Shown here one piece after another: positions 48,298 to 55,665 of a DNA stretch of 55,665 nucleotides. A model generated the notes under the pieces. The model saw only the letters and a list, made by a program, of their open reading frames with translations, was not told where the DNA came from and did not search any database. Source of the DNA: an uncultured virus (IMG/VR IMGVR_UViG_3300037520_001345) (lineage: Duplodnaviria > Heunggongvirae > Uroviricota > Caudoviricetes); the IMG/VR virus record IMGVR_UViG_3300037520_001345, one strand, 5' to 3'. A program made the position numbers and the translations under genes. The stretch's first letter is position 1; each line of letters opens with the position of its first letter.

Positions 48298-49248
48298 ATG
48301 GCTCATGCAGTTGAACAGATGATGTTTGTTGGTGCGACCCCGTGGCATGGTCTTGGTAACCAGCTTGACGAAGCTCCCACAGTTTCGGAGGCGATGACTG
48401 CCGCCGGTTTGGATTGGGAAGTTGGTCTGAAGGATTTAGTCACGGTGGACGGTCAACCCGTTCCGGCCCGTGCTACCTATCGCAAGACCGACGATAGTAT
48501 TCTGGGCGTTGTCGGCCCGCGATACACTCCGCTGCAAAATAGCGAAGCGTTCGATTGGTTCCAGCCATTTCTGGACGCTGGCGAGTGTGCATTGCATACT
48601 GCCGGTTCTCTCCATAGTGGTCAGAAAGTTTGGGTTCTGGCCCAACTGAACCGCGACAATAGCGAGATCGTGAAGGGCGACGAGGTTGGGAAGTTTATTC
48701 TTCTCAGCAATTCGCACGATGGCACGACCGCTATCCGGGTTGGCTATACGCCGATCCGCGTTGTGTGTGCAAACACTATGGCGATGGCCCATAGCAAGAG
48801 CAGTGGCTCCAAGTTGATTCGTATTCGTCACACACGTTCCAGCAAGACCAATCTGGAAAACGTGCGAGATATTATGGATAACATTAACATGGAGTTTGAA
48901 GCGACTGCGGAGCAGTTCAAGTTCCTCGCATCGAAGAACTTCAATCAGGCCGACGTTCGCCGGTATGTCAAGGTGATGCTCGACATCGACGGTACGCCGG
49001 ACGATCAGATCAAGACTCGTACCAGAAATATCATGGACGAGATTCTGGCTCTGGTCGAAGGCCCGAAGCAGAGTGCAACGGGGGTTCGTGGAACGTGGTG
49101 GGCCGCGTACAACGGCTACAACGAGTATCTGAATTACAACAAGGGTCGCACCGAAGATAATCGGCTCGACAGCCTGTGGTTTGGACTCAACGCGAACGAC
49201 AATACCAAGGCTTTGGAAAAGGCTATGGACTTCGCCCAAGCACTCTAA
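48298..49248 (+). CDS. DUF932-family phage/plasmid protein
   Basis: PWHGLG, AGLDWEV, LGVVG..Y.PLQN, NSHDG, TPIRVVCANT, GTWWAAYN. Confidence 0.9.
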   Translation: MAHAVEQMMFVGATPWHGLGNQLDEAPTVSEAMTAAGLDWEVGLKDLVTVDGQPVPARATYRKTDDSILGVVGPRYTPLQNSEAFDWFQPFLDAGECALHTAGSLHSGQKVWVLAQLNRDNSEIVKGDEVGKFILLSNSHDGTTAIRVGYTPIRVVCANTMAMAHSKSSGSKLIRIRHTRSSKTNLENVRDIMDNINMEFEATAEQFKFLASKNFNQADVRRYVKVMLDIDGTPDDQIKTRTRNIMDEILALVEGPKQSATGVRGTWWAAYNGYNEYLNYNKGRTEDNRLDSLWFGLNANDNTKALEKAMDFAQAL

Positions 49249-49274
49249 TCTCCTTCGCCATGGGGGTTGCACGG

Positions 49275-49310
49275 GAGCCGCCACTCAGCAATGGGTGGCG
49301 GTTCTTTTTT
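49275..49310 (+). terminator. Rho-independent terminator
   Basis: GAGCCGCCAC...GTGGCGGTTC followed by T6. Confidence 0.8.
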
Positions 49311-49329
49311 GTAGATGTTCTGCTTGACG

Positions 49330-49407
49330 TAAACCCTTACCAGTAAAAGACTTACGTCGAAAGCGGCCCGCGAATTTAGTCCTAAGTTCAATACTGGCAA
49401 GGACTTA
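49330..49407. repeat. 78-bp element, copy 15 (followed by extra single palindromes)
   Basis: TAAA-N17-CTTA / TAAG-N17-CTTA; further sites at 49432, 49483, 49645. Confidence 0.9.
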
Positions 49408-49815
49408 CGAAAAGTTTGTCAAAGAATCTCACAAGTTCCCTATTGGCAATGGGTTACGATGTCGATATACTGTATAGTGATGTAAGGTGTTATCTGGCAA
49501 AGGGTTAGGTTAAAATAGTAATAGAATTGTAATAAGCTATTGGATATTTTTCCAACCTTTATTTGTCTCGCCTAATCCAACGGATTCGCTGACGTTGCTG
49601 ATAGTCAGCCGGAATATCGTAGTAGTAACAAGCTGCTCTTATTCTAAGTTCTTATGTTTCAACCACTTGCGACAAGTCTTAGAGTGTGGTATAATGAAAA
49701 GAGTAACAACGATAGTAACAAACTGATCAATAGTTGAGACTTATTCTCAATAGATAAAGATGGTTAGATATTGTTGTCTAATCTCATAGTCAGGAAAAAA
49801 CCGGGAGCCCTTGTG

Positions 49816-50019
49816 ATGCAGAAGGAAAGAATTATTGTGACCGATGAAAATCGACAGGATATTACTAGTATTTATTGCCACAGACTTTTGGATGATATGG
49901 ACTTTGATACCCTCTATAGTTTTGCTTATGATATGTTGAAAGATAACAAGGAAGGATTGACTAATGAAATGTTGACCAATCAAATTATTGACTATTACCC
50001 TGATATTCTGGAGAACTAA
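49816..50019 (+). CDS. Hypothetical protein; similar to 51064..51330
   Basis: NRQDITSIY...LDDMDF vs NRKEIQRKY...LGELDF. Confidence 0.6.
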   Translation: MQKERIIVTDENRQDITSIYCHRLLDDMDFDTLYSFAYDMLKDNKEGLTNEMLTNQIIDYYPDILEN

Positions 50020-51063
50020 TGCCTATTCTTGCAATTCTGGTGATTTTATACGTTGTTATTGATGGAGCTATTAAATTTTATGCAGATAGATATTAGTAAA
50101 CAAGAAGCATGGAAACTAATGGATGCTATTAGTGCCTACATGAAAGATTATACTGTTACCGGTCCTGTTCATAAAACGTTCGACAATATTACTAAAAAAC
50201 TAAAGGAGGTTGTCAAAGAATAGTAACTGGTGGTGAGAGACCGGTTAGTATTGTAAGTTGTTTGCTCTTAAGGATTTGCGTCAAAAGTGACGATATGGTA
50301 CAATGGAGCTAACGGATACGATATCGTAGCTTGATAGTTGTTTGCTTGTTCTTATTATCTCTTCCTAATTTTATAAAGGAATCTATATTGGCCATTCTGC
50401 TGCTAGTCTTCATCCTGTTTTTTACCAAGTGAGTCATACAAACATTATATAGGTCAAAGCCTGAAAAAGCAAGGTCTGACACACCATTCCTTAACCCTTA
50501 TAGGCTGAATTCTTAGAAGAGTAATGATACAGAAGAAGATTGATTAAACACTGTTTTGTACTTCAAACTTATTCTTTCTTACCCAGCTGTATAATACATA
50601 AAAAAACCTTATGGTACTGTCAAGCTAAAAAATTTTTTATCACCAATCGCAAGGAGTTTATCTATAGCTTAAAGCATCTTCTGCTATAACCATTAATGTT
50701 GGTTACGCACAGGGTTGATCTGTTCTGGAAGTCGGCCAAAGAAGTCGATAGAACCATCAGGGAGGTCTTGTGGCCGTCATTTTTTAATAGCATGTGAAAC
50801 GAGAGCAACACCATCCTTTAATTGATTCTGCGAGGCCCAAGGATAAATTAATCTTACAATATACCATTAGTATCTCAAGACGAATCAGCGAACGCTGAAG
50901 TTAAGAGATTCCAGATAAAAAAAGATTAATAAAATCTCTTTGTGCTATTAGGCCGCTTTCGGTATAATAACCAGAGTCAACGGAGCCAATGGTCAAGCAC
51001 TTGGTGAGACAAATGCGGGACTGATGGAATCATGGGCAAAGAGTTGTTTTTTAACTTTTAACC

Positions 51064-51330
51064 ATGAGGTGTATTATGCGTGCTAGATATGTTAGTCAGA
51101 TTAATCGTAAGGAAATTCAGAGAAAGTATATTGATCAGATATTAGGAGAATTAGATTTCATGCAGATTAAGGATAGACTAAGAGACTACCTTGAGCATGA
51201 AAAAGATAAAGAATCTAATTATGCCTTAGAAGCTGAGATACGGAAAGAAGCACCAGATGTTTTGGTAGAAAATTGGGAAGATTTTAATGGTCCTGCTACT
51301 CTCACAGAAGAGGAGCATCATCATGCCTAA
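51064..51330 (+). CDS. Hypothetical protein
   Basis: 88-aa ORF. Confidence 0.65.
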   Translation: MRCIMRARYVSQINRKEIQRKYIDQILGELDFMQIKDRLRDYLEHEKDKESNYALEAEIRKEAPDVLVENWEDFNGPATLTEEEHHHA

Positions 51331-51728
51331 GAAATTTCACAGAATAATTTCTTTTGAAGTAGAGGGTGAAATTTATGATCATTCTACTACTCCAGAAGAT
51401 ATTCTAAAAAGTTATGACTGGCATTTTAAGGGTTTTCATGATAACCATGAAGACAAATGCTTCTTAGAATCTTCTCATGATGATCGTCGTGGACGTATTA
51501 CTAAAGTTATTCGAAAGAATAAGATTAGTAAAACCGATAAGGCAGATACAGAAACTTTTACAATTAACCAATGAGGTGCTTTATGAATTATACATTAGTT
51601 TATTGGAGTGTTGGAACAATCGTGACATTGTTAGCATTAGTATCGTTATATTATTACTCATGTCATTGTTCTCCTCCAGCGATTAAATAATAAGTTCTAC
51701 TTGAGGATCAAAGCCCCAGGTATACTAT

Positions 51729-51768
51729 AAATAGGGGATCAGTCAGGAATGATTGGTCTCCTATTTTT
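51729..51768 (+). terminator. Rho-independent terminator
   Basis: AATAGGGGATCAGTC...GATTGGTCTCCTATT followed by T run. Confidence 0.6.
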
Positions 51769-53270
51769 ATTTAAATTGGTGGGTCTGTCTCACCTAAATA
51801 TATAGGGTTGGTTTTTATGGCTATAGTCAGTCGGAATATGGTATCCATTTCTTTGAATAAGAATTTGGATTGTAATGATTTGTGTGGGAAAATTCAAAAT
51901 CTCATTAATAGTTATTCCAAACAAAATCCCCAATCTCATGATACTTTGTTACGAATAGAAGTAGTTCCTATCAATGATTCTATAGAATGTTTATTACCAA
52001 AATTAGAATTTAAAAAATGATATTGACATATCTATAAAAAATTTTACTATAACTAATAGTCTCACCTAATCATCTGGATTTGGTTTTTATGGTAACAGTC
52101 AGCCGATCATAAGGATAAAAACAATGTCAAAAAAGAAAGCTACTCCCAAAAAGAAAACTTGTTCCAAGAAAGTTTGTAAGAAGAATTGTGTTACTGAAAG
52201 TTGTGACAAAGTTGAGCAGGTTGAACCAAAAATTGTAACCAAATCAGGATATTTTCTGGGCTTGATTAAAAAAGTTTTTGGTTATGAATGAAATATTTAG
52301 TAACTTAGGATTCTTCATGTTGGGATTGATTCTAGTAGAATCAGTAGTATATGTTGGAGGTTTATATTTTGTCTCTTATCTTTCTAGGAAAGACGACAAT
52401 GATAGTTCAAATAATTTCCACAGTTAGTAAACCAATTTGTCCAACCTTTATACATGATGATCCCACAAGAATATTCATCCTCCTCATAGGACTATTACTC
52501 CTGTTAGCCATAACGGCCAAAATCTTGAGATATTTTAATGACACATAATGACCCCTTGATCAAATATGGACACCTTATTATTTTCTTCTGCATCATCGCA
52601 CACGGGGCTTTAGTAGCATATTTAGAAGAATACTTATATGAGGATGATAATTATGATGAGTAAATCAAAATTTAAAGAATTTCACGTTCCTTTTATCAAA
52701 AGCTTACTATTTGTTGCTGTAGTAACGGTAGCATCTATGGTTTCTGTACATTATTATCTTAAAAAACCATTATCACCCATATCAAAAACCCCCACTTATA
52801 CCTCTCAAGAATCCCAGTATGAGTCCAAATAGGACTTTGTTTAGCTAATACGCTCTATTTACTGGCTAATTGTATATTAATTCACTTATTATCTTAGCCC
52901 GTGATGGAATTGATGGGATAACAGGCTAATTGTAGCACTTCTGATTAAAGTTGTCAATACCCCTTTGTCGATACTTGACGAGAACGATTCTTTGTTGTAT
53001 ACTGCTATGATGGATACTGGTAGTAAAAGTAATAATACAGGGGAAATTTGAGGTTTTAGGATGTATAAGACGATTCAATTGACTGATAAGGAACTAGAAC
53101 TTTTAGCCTCTATGATCCAGTATTATATTGACCAAAAGAAGGATAAACCGGGCTTTGAAATCAATAACTCCCACATTCTGCTTCGTCATATCTGTGGGAT
53201 AAAGTCCCGCAAAGGGTCTAATCAAATAGTAATCAGTGGGAAATGAACCCATAAATGAAAAAGAAATCAA

Positions 53271-53456
53271 ATGAAATCAGATTTTGCCAATTTGCATGAT
53301 GATTTTGTTGAGATTCTTCACAATCCTCATTTGAAGAATAAGTGTTATATGGTGAGATTAACTAATTATGCTAATGAACGATATACAATGATGGTGAATA
53401 AAGAAGATTTGGGGAAACTGGCTAATCTAATCAATAGCTTTATGGAGAATAATTAA
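53271..53456 (+). CDS. Small protein, ...LAxxINxFxENN paralog family
   Basis: C-terminus KEDLGKLANLINSFMENN. Confidence 0.65.
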   Translation: MKSDFANLHDDFVEILHNPHLKNKCYMVRLTNYANERYTMMVNKEDLGKLANLINSFMENN

Positions 53457-53637
53457 TGGATGATAAGACCAGACTAGCGGCTATTGTTAGTGAATATGAG
53501 AAAGCTCAAAAGAATATTCAGCCAGTATGGATTGGTGAAGGATGGTACAAGGGTACTCCTAATTCTTTTAACTATTTCTCTTCTGGATTTGAGGCAGAAA
53601 TAGAATTTTATAAGCAACAAAACATTGGAGATAAATA

Positions 53638-53901
53638 ATGAGTAGCGTTGTAATCAAAGATAGTTATAAGGCTGATGTTTTCAATTTCGATATGGAATGT
53701 TGGAAACAAGAAATTCCTAATGAGATACTGTTTAATGAAGATGGAACAGTTAAGGACGGGCCTTGTACTAAATGAGCTGAACTATATAATCTGACTATTA
53801 ATAATGTGATCAGTTGGGAATGGACTAAGATGAAGTTAACTAGGGATGAAATTCGGGGATTAGCCAATTTTCTTAACCAATTTGTGGAGGATAACCCATG
53901 A
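53638..53901 (+). pseudogene. Paralog-family ORF interrupted by in-frame TGA (53773-53775)
   Basis: MSSVVIKDSY...GPCTK*AELYNLTIN...RDEIRGLANFLNQFVEDNP. Confidence 0.55.
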
Positions 53902-54037
53902 GCGATAAACTACAAAGTAATATCAAGAACTTTATTGTGGATTATGATAATACTGAGAATGATTTTAATATAACCGATTATGATTTGTGGCTTGAGACTG
54001 CCGTTAATCTTTTAAGGGAAGTTTTGGATAATCAATA

Positions 54038-54256
54038 ATGACCAAGAAACTTAAGAAAAACATAATCAAGTTTTTAAAAAATTGGGATAATAATACTCCT
54101 GACGGATATGAATTCTCTCTGTGGGATTATTGTAAAATTATGGATATGACAATTACATTATTGAGAGAGAGTGTTGCAGATGAGTATGGATTCAAACCTA
54201 AGACATTTTTGGAGAGCATAACTGATGACCGAAAATCCGCTACAACTAGCAACTAA
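54038..54256 (+). CDS. Hypothetical protein; similar to 53898..54038
   Basis: KLKKNIIKFL..WDN...LLRE vs KLQSNIKNFIVDYDN...LLRE. Confidence 0.6.
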   Translation: MTKKLKKNIIKFLKNWDNNTPDGYEFSLWDYCKIMDMTITLLRESVADEYGFKPKTFLESITDDRKSATTSN

Positions 54257-54433
54257 AAATTGGATAGAAGCAGTTCAGAAGTATTATGAGAATACTCGTA
54301 GTAATGAATTGACCCAAATACATATGAGGGGGTATTTTAGTGGTTGGAGCGAAAGAGAGATAGTGAATTTAGCGAACAAATTGGCTAAAAATGAAAATGA
54401 TTATCCTTTGTGGAGAGATAAGGAGAACAAATA

Positions 54434-54613
54434 ATGAAAACTGAATCTCTCAAGGGTAAAGACTTTATCTTGCATATTTGTAAAGGAAGATCAACACACC
54501 CAGATCATCCTTATCAAATAGTATTGAGTAGTCAATATGTTTGGCCTAATCTTAGTAAAGATGAACTAAAAGACATGGCTGATTTTATTAATGAATTTGT
54601 GGAGAATAACTAA
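54434..54613 (+). CDS. Small protein, ...ADFINEFVENN paralog family
   Basis: Manual translation, 59 aa. Confidence 0.6.
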   Translation: MKTESLKGKDFILHICKGRSTHPDHPYQIVLSSQYVWPNLSKDELKDMADFINEFVENN

Positions 54614-54701
54614 TGGCTGGACTTGTATTATTTGGTATACTAGGATATATGGCTTGTGTACGAATTTATGATTGGTGGAATGGATATGGAGAGTTATTTT
54701 A

Positions 54702-55004
54702 ATGGAAGTTAATATCAAACAAGAACTATCTAAACTTGATCGTAATGATTTTATGGCAGTTGTTGATCTGGTTGATAAGATAGTATATGATCTTAGCGAT
54801 CTTCTTATTGATGTGGGTGATGAAATTATGTTGGCCGCTGCAAAAGACTATATGATTGATCTTATTAATCCTGCCCTATTGGATTTTGATAATGAACAAT
54901 CAGAGCAAATGGAAATTGCTAGAGAGGTTATGAAACAAGATATTGAGTGTCTTAGGAATTTAAGTAAAAATAATGATGACCTTACTAAGAACTCTGAATC
55001 TTGA
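54702..55004 (+). CDS. Acidic hypothetical protein
   Basis: MEVNIKQELSK...; GGAG upstream. Confidence 0.6.
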   Translation: MEVNIKQELSKLDRNDFMAVVDLVDKIVYDLSDLLIDVGDEIMLAAAKDYMIDLINPALLDFDNEQSEQMEIAREVMKQDIECLRNLSKNNDDLTKNSES

Positions 55005-55160
55005 ATATGATATTGTTGAGATTCATTACAATAAACTTTTAAAGAACAAACCTTACTTGATCAGGGTTTTTAGTTATAATAATAGTGATCCTACTGAACT
55101 AAGATTGGATGAGGAACAGGTGAATAATTTGTATCAAACTCTTAAAGAATACTACCTATT

Positions 55161-55367
55161 ATGAAAATTCAAAATAAGAAAGAAATCGTACTCAGCGTCC
55201 AAGATGTTCAAGATATTCTTTTTGACCATTTGACCAAAGAGCATAGTTTGAACGGGGACTTTAATTTTGATTTTGTTGTTGTCAATAAACCATTTCGTAG
55301 TGGTATTCATGATTCTTGTGATCGTCATGAATTTGATGGGGTAAAGATTGTGGTGACTCATGATTGA
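55161..55367 (+). CDS. Hypothetical protein
   Basis: 68 aa, overlapping neighbours. Confidence 0.6.
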   Translation: MKIQNKKEIVLSVQDVQDILFDHLTKEHSLNGDFNFDFVVVNKPFRSGIHDSCDRHEFDGVKIVVTHD

Positions 55368-55569
55368 TCAAGAAGTTTTAAACAAAATTAAAGAACAATA
55401 TGAAAAAGCTAAAGCTCTAGCTAAAGAAGTTTGGGATGATGGAGATCATGAGGGAAATACTAATGATTTTTATTATTTCCAATGTGGATTTGCGGCGGGT
55501 TTGAACTATCAGCGACTACAAGCACTAAATAAATTGAGCCAACTTGATCAAGAACTAGGACTAGATTAA
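55360..55569 (+). CDS. Hypothetical protein
   Basis: 69 aa; ends ALNKLSQLDQELGL. Confidence 0.6.
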   Translation: MIDQEVLNKIKEQYEKAKALAKEVWDDGDHEGNTNDFYYFQCGFAAGLNYQRLQALNKLSQLDQELGLD

Positions 55570-55665
55570 CATAAAAATGTTAACCCTGTTCCCGTCGAAT
55601 GTTTACGCTTAGTGCGTAGATCAACTAGGCTAATTGCCGACAGAGTAGGCGGGGCGGGGTTAACT

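Noticed and set aside
48436..49284. 282-aa minus-strand ORF (likewise 44653..45546)
   Set aside because: Antisense to well-supported DUF932, Gp88-like and kinase-like genes; no recognisable motifs.
32379..49407. CRISPR array interpretation of the dispersed repeats
   Set aside because: Copies are degenerate and separated by 0.6-2.2 kb of genes, not 30-40 nt spacers; no cas genes in the window.
32379..49407. 78-bp elements as ordinary Rho-independent terminators or canonical dif/attC sites
   Set aside because: No consistent GC stem plus U-tract, and the core occurs in both orientations. Arms do not match the XerC/XerD dif consensus (6-bp core), and RYYYAAC/GTTRRRY ends are not consistently present.
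41330..53901. Stop-codon reassignment (suppressor tRNA, in-frame TGA)
   Set aside because: Long genes are intact under code 11 and end in TAA, TAG and TGA. The CTATA loop cannot place CTA in a canonical 7-nt anticodon loop, and only one interrupted ORF was noticed.
55581..55665. Possible further 78-bp element at the window end
   Set aside because: Only a weak TAAC-N17-TTTA and a GGCGGGGCGGGG run with the wrong spacing; truncated by the window edge.

Overview
Fragment of a large, AT-rich tailed dsDNA phage genome (Caudoviricetes; no sheath gene recognised in the window) with two divergent arms. The left arm (about 1-31,000, minus strand) is the morphogenesis module. In transcription order it has a phage sigma factor, gmd, HNH and ERCC4-type nucleases, large terminase, portal, protease/scaffold, decoration protein, major capsid, several Gly-rich and Mtd_N-type fibre proteins, neck/tail genes, and a >1,590-aa tape-measure protein. 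That protein runs off the window, is absent from the supplied ORF track, and carries HAD-, PD-(D/E)xK- and ADP-ribosyltransferase-like modules. The right arm (about 31,100-55,665, plus strand) starts with fcl and continues as an early/accessory region of many small ORFs (kinase-like, L7/L12-like, PRTase, DUF932, very acidic peptides), 9 tRNAs, a tRNA-like element and candidate structured ncRNAs. The most striking feature is that this region is divided into 0.7-2.3 kb blocks by 15 copies of a 78-bp element of invariant geometry: two TAAG-N17-CTTA-type palindromes exactly 53 bp apart, with a GC-rich core found in both orientations. Most copies lie at a gene 3' end ahead of the next promoter. Two further repeat families (18 bp and 46 bp) and sigma54-like promoters also occur. 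All calls come from reading the sequence; no database searches were run.
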